A stretch of DNA of 64,000 nt from an uncultured Alphaproteobacteria bacterium (GCA_902563505.1 CACEXK010000002.1:134884-198883); one strand, 5' to 3'. Positions 17,518-26,556 are shown, numbered from the stretch's first letter. Numbers and translations are program-made. The notes: generated by a model from the sequence alone, not told the origin.

Positions 17518-18345
17518 ATGAAATTAAACAATATTTTTTTCAAATTTTTTATATTATTTTCGCTAGTTAATTTTAGTTCAAATACATATTCTAAGGATAA
17601 ACTTCCTGAGCCAGTAGTATGGGATACAGATCTCAAAGAATTTTTCTTTGATAATGATGAAATACAAGACGGCTCAAAAATCTTTTCTTTAGAAACTCCA
17701 TACAGAGCTCTTGATGCAGCTATAGTTCCAATAACAGTAAAATTTAAACAAAAACAATCAGAAAACAATTATGTCAAATCATTATCATTAATTATTGATG
17801 AAAATCCATCTCCTCTGGTAGGGAAGTTCGAATTTACACCAAAAATGGGAGACCCTTCATTCACAACAAGAATCAGAGTTGATAAATATACCTATGTAAG
17901 GGCAGTTATTGAAATGAATGATAGTAAGAAATTTATGGTTGCTAATTATGTAAAAGCTGCAGGTGGTTGCTCTGCCCCAGCTCTTGCTGACATGGATTCA
18001 ATAATGGCAAGATTAGGTAAAATGAAAATGAAATTTATAAAAACAGGGAAAAAAGGCGAGATAAATAAAGCGCAATTTTTAATCAGTCACCCGAACTATT
18101 CAGGACTTCAGTTTAACCAGCTAACCAGGTCGGAAATACCCGCCCATTTTGTAAACTATATAAGTATAGAACAGGATGGTAACTTGATATTTCAGGCTAA
18201 TCCAGATATCTCTTTATCTGAAGACCCATCATTCACCTTCAATTATATTGACTCTGGTGGACCACTTAAGGTAACAGTAAAAGATAGTGATGGTTTGGAT
18301 TTTGCGGGTGAATTTCCAACATCCAATATTGTATCAGCAAAATAG
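17518..18345 (+). CDS. SoxY-SoxZ fusion, quinoprotein-dehydrogenase-associated SoxYZ-like carrier protein
   Basis: Has a signal peptide. The N-terminal half is SoxY-like (ALDAAIVPITVKF, IIDENPSPLVGKFEF, and it ends in VKAAGGCSAP, which contains the carrier-Cys GGC motif). The C-terminal half is SoxZ-like (FLISHPNYSG, IPAHFVNYISIEQDG, ISLSEDPSFTF, VTVKDSDG). Confidence 0.8.
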   Translation: MKLNNIFFKFFILFSLVNFSSNTYSKDKLPEPVVWDTDLKEFFFDNDEIQDGSKIFSLETPYRALDAAIVPITVKFKQKQSENNYVKSLSLIIDENPSPLVGKFEFTPKMGDPSFTTRIRVDKYTYVRAVIEMNDSKKFMVANYVKAAGGCSAPALADMDSIMARLGKMKMKFIKTGKKGEINKAQFLISHPNYSGLQFNQLTRSEIPAHFVNYISIEQDGNLIFQANPDISLSEDPSFTFNYIDSGGPLKVTVKDSDGLDFAGEFPTSNIVSAK

Positions 18346-18354
18346 AAATTTAAA

Positions 18355-18690
18355 TTAAAAACATTCAAGTTCAGATGCCGCTTGAGCTCTTAATAGTTTA
18401 TCCATCCTCTCTTTGGATAGACCAACGCTTTTAAAGGCTTCTTCTCGTGGACTTGCTCCCAGTTGAAGTCTAGCTATTGCTTCAGCCTGAGCATACTCTT
18501 CGTAATTAATTCTTTTTGCAATTTCATCAATAGCACATGAACATTTTGCCATAAAATCCCTATTTGATTCATTGGAACTCATGCAGGCAAAAACGAATTC
18601 TGATCTTGCAACTGTCGGGAAATCATTGGATTCTGCAGAATCTATAGATATCATGTAACTAATGAAAATAAAAATTAATCTTTTAAACAT
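18355..18690 (-). CDS. secreted hypothetical protein, 4 Cys
   Basis: 111 aa with a signal-like N-terminus. Cysteines occur at FACM, KCSC and the C-terminal ELECF. It lies 2 nt downstream of the 276-aa ORF. Confidence 0.5.
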   Translation of the reverse strand: MFKRLIFIFISYMISIDSAESNDFPTVARSEFVFACMSSNESNRDFMAKCSCAIDEIAKRINYEEYAQAEAIARLQLGASPREEAFKSVGLSKERMDKLLRAQAASELECF

Positions 18691-18692
18691 AA

Positions 18693-19523
18693 TTAGCTGT
18701 CTCCTTCCTTTCTGTTCTTAAATTCATCTCTAAGTTGTTTATTGGTTCTCATACCCTGAAATTCAAGCGTTTCTTTAACCATATCATCGGGATCTTCTAA
18801 ATCTTTAATAAATGTTTCAATTTTAAAAATATATCCAGGAATTTCCTTACTCATTAAAACTACAAACTTTTTAGTTTTGTAGCGTGAAACTCTTCTTTTT
18901 AATTCTGTTTTCATAAAAGGTTGAAATGAAATTTGTTGACCAGAATATTTTTTTCCATTGAAATCGAAATCGATATTTTCAACATTAGTTGCAGCAATAG
19001 TATGCCTTATTCTACTCCTAAAAAATAATGCATTCCCGCCTGTGAGCCTTTGCATATCTCTTGAGTCGCGTTCGAAGAAAAGCATAAAAACAGGGTTACC
19101 TTTTGCCCCTATCTGAGGAGGAAACCTGACTTTATTTCTTCCCTTTAAATATCGGAAGGTAATGTGTTTGGTATTATCATCGTCAATTTTAACTACATTT
19201 AAAACTACATTACCAATAAAATTGTCTTCTCTTGAAGACTCCTTTTTAAACTTATAATAAATTCTCGATGGTTCTGTAATTGAGCTTAAGTGTTCATCTA
19301 TGAATAATGCAATATTTGCTGATGACATTTCTTTTAATAAGCCGGCCTTGAATTCCTCAGTCCCCCACTTAGCTCTTTTTTCTTCTGCATCTTCAGCTTT
19401 TGAAAAATCATTTTCAATGTTAATTGTTTCTTGAGCATTTGAAGTTGAAACAAGAAATGCAACAGCAAAAATCAACAAAAGAAATTTTTTTATAAAAATA
19501 CTCATTTTATTTATAAAATTCAT
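18693..19523 (-). CDS. secreted hypothetical protein
   Basis: 276 aa with a clear signal peptide (…LVSTSNA/QE). I recognise no family. It is divergent from the folB-like operon. Confidence 0.55.
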   Translation of the reverse strand: MNFINKMSIFIKKFLLLIFAVAFLVSTSNAQETINIENDFSKAEDAEEKRAKWGTEEFKAGLLKEMSSANIALFIDEHLSSITEPSRIYYKFKKESSREDNFIGNVVLNVVKIDDDNTKHITFRYLKGRNKVRFPPQIGAKGNPVFMLFFERDSRDMQRLTGGNALFFRSRIRHTIAATNVENIDFDFNGKKYSGQQISFQPFMKTELKRRVSRYKTKKFVVLMSKEIPGYIFKIETFIKDLEDPDDMVKETLEFQGMRTNKQLRDEFKNRKEGDS

Positions 19524-19575
19524 AGGATATATTTATGGTTTAAATTTTATATTTTTTCAACTATCATTTAATATT

Positions 19576-20067
19576 ATGAAAAATAAAATAAAAAATATAT
19601 CAGTTATATCCACTGGCTCATGGGTCCCTTCCGACCTACAAAATCAGGATTTGAAATTTAAAAGATATAAAGTTTTTATAAAAAAACTTATTTTGGATGC
19701 TTCTATTGGAATACATGAGCACGAAAAGAAAAAAAAACAAAAGATTGCTATATCTCTTGAATTGGATGTAAAAGATAATATTTCTGAAGTAAAACAAAAA
19801 ATTGAAAACTTTGTTTCTTATGAAATAATAATAAAAAACATTAAAAAATTAGTTTCGAAGAAACATATTGATTTGCTTGAAACTTTAGGAGAGAAAATAC
19901 TAAAAATTTGTTTTGAAGATGAGAGGATCTTCTCTATTAAATTGAAACTAGAAAAAATTGAGGTTTTCAAGGAGACGGATAGCGTTGGAATAGAGATATT
20001 CCGAGAAAAAATTAACCCAAATAATCTTAATTACAATTCAAGAAATGTGTCTAGGTTAAAAGAATAA
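19576..20067 (+). CDS. dihydroneopterin aldolase-family protein (H4MPT pterin branch)
   Basis: Has a FolB-like core (FIKKLILDASIGIHEHEKKKKQKIAISLELDV ... VSYEII...) with an N-terminal extension of about 30 aa. It is the first gene of the cofactor operon. Confidence 0.7.
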   Translation: MKNKIKNISVISTGSWVPSDLQNQDLKFKRYKVFIKKLILDASIGIHEHEKKKKQKIAISLELDVKDNISEVKQKIENFVSYEIIIKNIKKLVSKKHIDLLETLGEKILKICFEDERIFSIKLKLEKIEVFKETDSVGIEIFREKINPNNLNYNSRNVSRLKE

Positions 20068-20076
20068 CATTCGGAT

Positions 20077-20682
20077 ATGTGGATTGTTAAAATAGGTGGA
20101 AGTTGGATTAAAAACCCTAAACTTGAAACCTTAATAAACCTTTTACAAAAATTTGTTAAAAAAAAAATTGTAATTGTAACTGGTGGTGGAATTATTTCAG
20201 ATTCCATAAGAGATATTTACAACACAATTAATATGTCTGAGGAAAATGCTAATTTTCTTGCCCTCAAAGCGACAGAAATTTTCGCCCACTTATTATTATT
20301 AAAAAATAAAAATTTAAATTTGACTTCAGACAAAAAAAAATTTTTAAAAAACAAAATAAATATTTGGCTCCCTTCTGAAAAACTGAAAGTTTCTAAAGAT
20401 TTTGAAAAAACCTGGGAATCTACCTCAGATTCAGTTGCTTCTTGGCTTTATGGCACTACATTTTCAGAAGGTATTTTATTTGTAAAATCTTTAGAACTTT
20501 CAAGAAAAAAGAATTATGATTTAACCGAATTGCAGAATAAAGGAATCTTGGATAGAAATTTAAAAAAATATTTAAAAGGAAAAAATAATCTAAAAATAAT
20601 TGGACCTGAATTAATTGATTTATTGAGTAAAAATTATGAATGGGAAATACTTGAATCAAAATTTAGTAAAATAAATTTGTAA
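20077..20682 (+). CDS. amino-acid-kinase-fold protein, MfnE-like (furan-methyl phosphate kinase candidate)
   Basis: The N-terminus MWIVKIGGS...VIVTGGG is typical of the Asp/Glu/uridylate kinase fold. The gene is clustered with mfnB/mfnF-like genes. Confidence 0.6.
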   Translation: MWIVKIGGSWIKNPKLETLINLLQKFVKKKIVIVTGGGIISDSIRDIYNTINMSEENANFLALKATEIFAHLLLLKNKNLNLTSDKKKFLKNKINIWLPSEKLKVSKDFEKTWESTSDSVASWLYGTTFSEGILFVKSLELSRKKNYDLTELQNKGILDRNLKKYLKGKNNLKIIGPELIDLLSKNYEWEILESKFSKINL

Positions 20683-20684
20683 GA

Positions 20685-21242
20685 ATGAATAGTAAAAAAA
20701 TAAAAAAAAAATGGGCTTGGGTTTTAACTGGGTCTGGTCACTTTTTTAATGAAACGATCGAACTCATTAATTCGATTGGAGAAGTAGATTTGTTTATCTC
20801 AAAAGCTGCAGAGGAGGTTTTAGTGATGTACAAGAAAAGTAAAAAAATTTCTGAACAAATTAAAATTTATAAAGATAATTCTTCAAGTTCTGTCTCAGTG
20901 GGAAAATTCTACAAAGGTCATTATCATACTTTGGTGATGGGGCCGACTTCAAGTAATACGGTCGCTAAATGTGTCTACGGGATTTCTGACAATCTTGCTA
21001 CAAACATTTTTGCTCAGGCTGGAAAATGCAAGGTAATGTGTATTTTTTTTCCATGTGATACTGCTCCTGAGTTGAAAACTCTTGCTCCTGGAGGAATTGT
21101 GGATGTTTATCCTAGAAAAATTGATTTGGATAATGTAAGGAAATTAAAAAAATTTTCTGATACAGATGTTGTTATGAGTTTTAATGATTTAAAAAAAAAT
21201 ATTGAGAAAAGAAAAAAATGCATGAAAAAATCCTATTTCTAA
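20685..21242 (+). CDS. flavoprotein (AfpA/DmrB-like; candidate dihydromethanopterin reductase)
   Basis: 185 aa. The motifs WAWVLTGSGHFF and GPTSSNTVAKC resemble the small flavoprotein (CoaC-like) family found in H4MPT clusters. Confidence 0.6.
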   Translation: MNSKKIKKKWAWVLTGSGHFFNETIELINSIGEVDLFISKAAEEVLVMYKKSKKISEQIKIYKDNSSSSVSVGKFYKGHYHTLVMGPTSSNTVAKCVYGISDNLATNIFAQAGKCKVMCIFFPCDTAPELKTLAPGGIVDVYPRKIDLDNVRKLKKFSDTDVVMSFNDLKKNIEKRKKCMKKSYF

Positions 21243-22600
21243 CCGGCAAATTGGCAGAAAGACAGCTTAAAAGAATTTTAAATTCTATGAAACCTGAATT
21301 TAAGTACAAGATAAATCAAATTGGAGTTAATGTTGCAGCACTCATGTCAGAAAGCATAATTATGAGAAGATTATCTAAAGACCAAGATGTCGATAGGATT
21401 ATTGTGCCAGGAAAGTTTAGGGGTGATTTAAAAAAATTGAGTAGTTTTTTTAATGTTCCAGTAGAGAGAGGTCCTGACGACATTTCAAATTTGCCTGATT
21501 ATTTTGGATTGAAAACTCCTTTAGAGAAATTGACTAGTTATTCATGCGATATTTTTGCAGAAATCGTTGATGCTGCATTACTTAGCACAAAAGAAATTTT
21601 GAGAATTGCAAAATCATATATAGCTGATGGAGCAAATGTTATTGATTTAGGTTGCATGCCTGATACAAAATTTATTCATTTAGAGGATACTATCAGAGCT
21701 TTAAAATCATTAGGTTGCAAAGTGTCAGTTGATTCAGCTAGTGATAAGGAATTGATAAGAGGAAGTAAAGCTGGAGCTGATTTTATTTTAAGTTTAAGTG
21801 AGAGGAATATTAACTTGTTAGATCAATGCAATTCGGTACCTATTCTTATACCTAATTCACCTGGCGATATGAAATCACTTGATAGACTTATAAAAATAGC
21901 AACCAAGCAAAAAATCAATTTTTTTGCTGATCCAATTCTTGATCCTATACATTACGGTTTTGCTGATTCAATAATGAGATATATTGAATTAAGAAGAAAA
22001 TACAGAGATTTGAAAATTTTTATGGGAACTGGAAATTTGACAGAGTTAACTGATTGTGATTCATCTGGAGCTAATACTCTATTAATGGGACTTGTATCAG
22101 AGTTATCAATTGATGCAGTTTTAGTGGTTCAAGTAAGTGGTCATTGTAAAAACTCGATAAAGGAGACAGATGCTGCTAGGAAATTAATGCATTTTGCCAG
22201 AGAAAACCAGCGCCTTCCGTTTAGAGTTGATGATTCATTGATGTGTATTTCAAATAGAAAACCAAATCGAAAATCAAAAAAAGAGATTAATGAAATTAAA
22301 TCAATGGTAAAAGATAAAAATTTTAGAATACTTCTTAGTAATAATGGAGTAAATATTTTTAATTCTGATATTTTTTCAACTGGAACTGATCCTTATGATT
22401 TCTATACAAAATTAAATGTTGAAAATGATGCTAGCCATGCTTTTTATTTAGGAGTAGAGTTAGCAAGAGCACAAATTGCTTTTCAACTTGGTAAAAATTA
22501 TGATCAAGACAATGAATTGAATTGGGGAGTTGCATTAGAAAAGAAAAAGGTTAGTTTGACTAAAAGACCAAAATTAAAAAGTACTCAAAAATCAAAATGA
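21218..22600 (+). CDS. dihydropteroate synthase-related protein (H4MPT biosynthesis)
   Basis: 460 aa with an N-terminal accessory domain and a pterin-binding barrel-like segment (GANVIDLGCMPD, VSVDSAS). This gene is conserved in bacterial H4MPT gene clusters. Confidence 0.7.
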   Translation: MHEKILFLTGKLAERQLKRILNSMKPEFKYKINQIGVNVAALMSESIIMRRLSKDQDVDRIIVPGKFRGDLKKLSSFFNVPVERGPDDISNLPDYFGLKTPLEKLTSYSCDIFAEIVDAALLSTKEILRIAKSYIADGANVIDLGCMPDTKFIHLEDTIRALKSLGCKVSVDSASDKELIRGSKAGADFILSLSERNINLLDQCNSVPILIPNSPGDMKSLDRLIKIATKQKINFFADPILDPIHYGFADSIMRYIELRRKYRDLKIFMGTGNLTELTDCDSSGANTLLMGLVSELSIDAVLVVQVSGHCKNSIKETDAARKLMHFARENQRLPFRVDDSLMCISNRKPNRKSKKEINEIKSMVKDKNFRILLSNNGVNIFNSDIFSTGTDPYDFYTKLNVENDASHAFYLGVELARAQIAFQLGKNYDQDNELNWGVALEKKKVSLTKRPKLKSTQKSK

Positions 22601-23160
22601 TTCTTGAGACTATAATTTCAACTATTGATAAAAGTGGAAATGTGAATTTTGCACCTTTTGGTATAAAAAAAAATAAAAATTTCATACTTATTTCTCCATA
22701 TATCCCATCAAAAACTCTTAACAATTTAACATCTACTAAAAGCGCGACAGTAAATTATACAAATGATGCAGTTTTTTTTGTAAATAGTATTCTCGGTAAG
22801 AAAAATTTTAAAAAAAAAAAATGTAAAAAAATAAAAGGTTTTTTTTTAGATGGTTGCTTAGCATATGATGAGGTTGTTGTAGAGGAAATAAAAAATGATA
22901 AAATCAGGCCAACCTTTAAATGCAAAATAGTTGAAAGTGTCTCAAATAAAAGATTTGAAGGACTGAATAGGGCACAATTTTCGCTAATTGAAGCATGTAT
23001 TTTAGCTACAAGAATAAATTTTTTGGATACAAAAAAACTCATGGAAGAATTATCTTTTTTGTCAAAACCTGTAGAGAAAACAGGTGGTCAAACTGAAAAA
23101 AAATTATGGAAAAAAATTGAAAAGTTTGTTAGCGATGGAATCAAAAAAAAAAAAAACTAA
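22597..23160 (+). CDS. DUF447-family protein (H4MPT/methylofuran-associated)
   Basis: 187 aa. The start MILETIISTIDKSGNVNFAPFG is typical of DUF447 proteins in these clusters. The C-terminus runs through an A14 tract. Confidence 0.6.
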   Translation: MILETIISTIDKSGNVNFAPFGIKKNKNFILISPYIPSKTLNNLTSTKSATVNYTNDAVFFVNSILGKKNFKKKKCKKIKGFFLDGCLAYDEVVVEEIKNDKIRPTFKCKIVESVSNKRFEGLNRAQFSLIEACILATRINFLDTKKLMEELSFLSKPVEKTGGQTEKKLWKKIEKFVSDGIKKKKN

Positions 23161-23851
23161 TAAAGTAAAGCTACTTGTAAGTTTTAAATCTAAAGAGGAA
23201 ATTTCTGGAGAAAATATTAGGCTTGTTGATATATTAGATCTTAAAGACCCTATTATGGGATCATTGGGGTCCTGGAAAATTAAATCTATAAAAGAAATTA
23301 TTAGGGTCTTTGGAAAAAAAAAAAAAATATCAGCCACATTAGGAGATATAAAAAAAACAAAAGATGTTCTTAAAAAACTAGAAAAATTTGATCAATTAAA
23401 TTTAGATTATATTAAGTTTGGTCTTTTTTCAGAAACCCAAAATCAAATCGAAGATCTGATGAATAGGATTTCTGAGAGAAAAATTAAAACAAAACTTGTT
23501 CCAGTTATTTTTGCTGACTTTAATTATACAAAAAAATGGATTTTTAATAACCTTGAAAAAATTAGACCTTTAGGATTTAAATATATTATTCTTGATACTT
23601 ACTCAAAACATTCTGGGAACTTAATAGAATTATGTTCAATGAATTTTCTTGAAAAATTTGTAAATAAATCATCTAGATTTAAAATTAATGTTGGTTTAGC
23701 AGGAAAATTAAAAGCTAACCATATTCCCAAATTACTTTCAATAAGTCCTAATATACTTGGTTTTAGATCTGCGGCTTGCAAAAGCCATGATAGAAACTCA
23801 AGTATTTCAAATTCTAAAATTAAAGAGTTACATTCATTTCTTAGTTCTTAG
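23135..23851 (+). CDS. MfnB-like (DUF556) 4-(hydroxymethyl)-2-furancarboxaldehyde-phosphate synthase candidate
   Basis: The N-terminal segment KLLVSFKSKEE...VDILDLKDPIMGSLGSW matches the MfnB/OrfY pattern. I prefer ATG 23135, although the ORF is open from 23084. Confidence 0.7.
   Translation: MESKKKKTNKVKLLVSFKSKEEISGENIRLVDILDLKDPIMGSLGSWKIKSIKEIIRVFGKKKKISATLGDIKKTKDVLKKLEKFDQLNLDYIKFGLFSETQNQIEDLMNRISERKIKTKLVPVIFADFNYTKKWIFNNLEKIRPLGFKYIILDTYSKHSGNLIELCSMNFLEKFVNKSSRFKINVGLAGKLKANHIPKLLSISPNILGFRSAACKSHDRNSSISNSKIKELHSFLSS
23143..23156 (+). repeat. A14 homopolymer inside the DUF447/MfnB-like overlap
   Basis: 14 consecutive A residues, counted directly. Both frames read KKKK through it. 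Confidence 0.95.
23314..23327 (+). repeat. second A14 homopolymer, in-frame in the MfnB-like gene
   Basis: 14 consecutive A residues encoding GKKKKI. Confidence 0.95.
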
Positions 23852-24899
23852 ACTTTAAAAGGTTTGCAATACATAAAGCCGGTGCATGATAGGTTGAAAT
23901 TTTTTTTAGATTTGTATTCTTGCCCGGAAAAAAATCTTTGAGTAAGTATATTTTATTTTTTGTTTTTAAAAAATCATAAATTACATGTTGTCCAATTCCG
24001 CATAAAATTATAGGTGTACTTTTTTTAAATTTGAATTTCTTGAATAAAATATCAATATTGTTTGATATTTTATTTAATTGTTCTTTTGAGAGTATTTCAA
24101 CTAGACTTTTGAGAAGTTTTTTTTTCTCATTATTGTAGTCAAACCCAAAAGAACGAGAAATTCTTCTTAGACTTGCATTGGTTGATTTCCCTGTTTTGTC
24201 AGCTACCTCATCAAGATCAAAGTTTTTGATGATTTTCTTTTTTATTCTATAAACATCAGACATATTAGAAAAAAACTCAGGTATAATTTGATATTTTTTT
24301 TTTTTATAGATCAGAGTATTTAATATTCCAAATATGGGAGTTCTTGTTAAACCAGTGTATAATAGTTCTGAATTATTAATTCTTGAGAAGTCATCTAAAC
24401 CTTTATTAACTAATTTATTTTTTTTTATACAAATAAAATCAGTTGTTGTGGATCCAAAATCTACAATGACTGCATTATCTAGGATTTTTTCAAGAAACCT
24501 TCCTGTAGCATGCCAATTCATAGAAATTACTTCTTCAAAATTGAGGTTTTTTTTTTTAAAGGCCTTATCTGAGTTTGTATAAAATAATTTTTTAAAATGA
24601 ATGTTAAGACATTCTTCAAAGATTATCTTAGCACCGCTAATTCTATCTTTAAAAAGATCACAAAGTTCACCAGTCATTGTAATGCCGCAGGTAATATCTT
24701 TGTTTTTACTTAATTTATTAATGAATTTAATTTGATTTTTAAGATTTTTAATATTTTTCCAAAGAGGACAATTTTTGTATGCAACATAACAAATAATTCC
24801 ATTCTTATCCAAACCTACAATTTTTATATGCGCTCCACCAACATCAATTCCTAAAAACTTAATTAATTTTTTCATTAAAATATTTTTAACATTTATCAA
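23841..24899 (-). CDS. hydantoinase/oxoprolinase-like 'H4MPT-linked C1 transfer pathway' protein (MfnF-like)
   Basis: Has an ASKHA-type N-terminus (FLGIDVGGAHIKIV) and a second phosphate motif (VIVDFGSTTTD). Confidence 0.65.
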   Translation of the reverse strand: MINVKNILMKKLIKFLGIDVGGAHIKIVGLDKNGIICYVAYKNCPLWKNIKNLKNQIKFINKLSKNKDITCGITMTGELCDLFKDRISGAKIIFEECLNIHFKKLFYTNSDKAFKKKNLNFEEVISMNWHATGRFLEKILDNAVIVDFGSTTTDFICIKKNKLVNKGLDDFSRINNSELLYTGLTRTPIFGILNTLIYKKKKYQIIPEFFSNMSDVYRIKKKIIKNFDLDEVADKTGKSTNASLRRISRSFGFDYNNEKKKLLKSLVEILSKEQLNKISNNIDILFKKFKFKKSTPIILCGIGQHVIYDFLKTKNKIYLLKDFFPGKNTNLKKISTYHAPALCIANLLKSKN

Positions 24900-25848
24900 A
24901 AGATGTATATTTTTTTTTTAACAATTTTGGAGTTTTTTTTATTAAATTTTCCTTAGTATAAAAGCCGTTAATTATTTCGTTTACACCAACTCCATAAGCT
25001 ATTTCTAATCCAACATGGGCACTAGTAAATCTTGCATTTATTTCTAAAACTTTCCACGATTTATTCACTCTAATGATATCAACACCAATAAAACCAAATA
25101 AGCCTGGTAAACTTTTACTGATAAGATTAGCTAAAACTTTAATTTCATCTCTATATTTTTCTAAACCACCAATAATTAATCCAACTTGCCTTATTGAATC
25201 TTTATTTTCTTCAATACGCTGTTTATTGCAAGACAAAATACTGAATTCACCTTTTTTACATACCATTGTAAAACTTCCTTTTTCATCTGGATAAAATTTT
25301 TGAAAAAAAAATCCTCTTTTCTTTTTTATTTTATATACAAATTTGATCTCTTCGGATCCTGCTCCGTATTCAGGTTTTTCAATAAGTTTGGATGAACATG
25401 ATTTATTTGTTTTTTCTATTGCGATACATGGTATTTTATTCTTCACTAAAAAATCATGTGTTTTTATTTTAGAAGAAATCATTTTTATTGTTTGGGTATC
25501 TGAGTTTAGTAGTGAAATTCTTTTTCTAAATCTTTTGGCTAAATTAATATAAATTTTATTTGTTTCTGGAGCTATAAGAATCATCTTAGCTTGATTTTTT
25601 GACTTTTTTAATGAATCAAATACTGCATTTATTTTTTGTAAAGGATGATAGAAAATTTTTTTATTTTTTATAAATCCTTCTGATTTATTATTTCCTATTA
25701 AATGTATCTTTTTTATATTAGCATCTTTAACTAAACTCCTAGCAATCGAATTAACTAAATTTAGAGCCTCGATAAAAATCTTGCTCGAATTCAAATTTAA
25801 TTTATTTTGAGATGTGAAATATTCAAATATAATTAGTTCTGTATTCAT
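24886..25848 (-). CDS. ATP-grasp ligase (MfnD-like candidate)
   Basis: Has ATP-grasp C-terminal motifs (FIGVDIIRVNKSWKVLEINARFT). It overlaps the downstream mfnF-like gene by 14 nt. Confidence 0.6.
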   Translation of the reverse strand: MNTELIIFEYFTSQNKLNLNSSKIFIEALNLVNSIARSLVKDANIKKIHLIGNNKSEGFIKNKKIFYHPLQKINAVFDSLKKSKNQAKMILIAPETNKIYINLAKRFRKRISLLNSDTQTIKMISSKIKTHDFLVKNKIPCIAIEKTNKSCSSKLIEKPEYGAGSEEIKFVYKIKKKRGFFFQKFYPDEKGSFTMVCKKGEFSILSCNKQRIEENKDSIRQVGLIIGGLEKYRDEIKVLANLISKSLPGLFGFIGVDIIRVNKSWKVLEINARFTSAHVGLEIAYGVGVNEIINGFYTKENLIKKTPKLLKKKYTSFDKC

Positions 25849-25851
25849 ATT

Positions 25852-26544
25852 ATGGAAATTATATTAGCAATTGATTTAAAAAAAGGTTTAGTTGTAAAAG
25901 CTTTTGCTGGTTTTAGATTAAATTATAAACCACTAGTTGTAAATTCAGTTAATTACTCTGACCCAATAAAACTTATAAGTAAAATTTTAAATAAAATAAA
26001 TTTAAAAAAAATATATATTGCGGATTTAGATGCAATACAAAACCTTAAACCTAATAGTAAAATAATTGAAAAGATATTAAAAACTTTCCCTTCAATAATG
26101 TTCTTAATTGACTCAGGTTTTGATTATCCCAAGTCAGTTTTTGAATTCTGTTTGAATTTAAATAAAAAAAAAATATCGAATTTTGAGATTATTTTGGGTA
26201 CTGAAAAAATCAAAAACTATAACTTTAAGTTTTTCTCCAAAAAAAACAAATACAGGGTTTCTATAGATTTTAATGGCAATCAACAAAAATGGATTGATAA
26301 AGCGGAGAAGAGTAGGGTTAAGCCAAATTTAATTTTTATGTTCTTAAAAAACATTGGAGGAAGAGGTATTTCAATCCCAAGGGTTAAATTACTGGTTAAG
26401 AAATTTCCTAAAAACAAATGTACAATTGCTGGTGGAATAAAAACAACCAATCAAATTAAGTCTATAGAGAGAGCTGGTGCAGAGTCTGTTATTGTCTCAA
26501 CTCTACTTCATAAAAATATTCTAGGGACTATTAATGGTCCCTAG
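25852..26544 (+). CDS. HisA/HisF-family barrel protein (cofactor biosynthesis-associated)
   Basis: The motifs ILAIDLKKGLVVKA and the C-terminal IAGGIKT...GAESVIVST are typical of the HisA/HisF family. Confidence 0.65.
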   Translation: MEIILAIDLKKGLVVKAFAGFRLNYKPLVVNSVNYSDPIKLISKILNKINLKKIYIADLDAIQNLKPNSKIIEKILKTFPSIMFLIDSGFDYPKSVFEFCLNLNKKKISNFEIILGTEKIKNYNFKFFSKKNKYRVSIDFNGNQQKWIDKAEKSRVKPNLIFMFLKNIGGRGISIPRVKLLVKKFPKNKCTIAGGIKTTNQIKSIERAGAESVIVSTLLHKNILGTINGP

Positions 26545-26556
26545 AATTTATTTTTT
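26521..26556 (+). terminator. hairpin plus T-tract at the end of the HisA/F-like gene (possibly bidirectional, also serving fae)
   Basis: The sequence is CTAGGGAC-tattaat-GTCCCTAG with a perfect 8-bp stem. It is followed by aatttaTTTTTT on the plus strand and by a T-rich tract on the minus strand. Confidence 0.6.
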
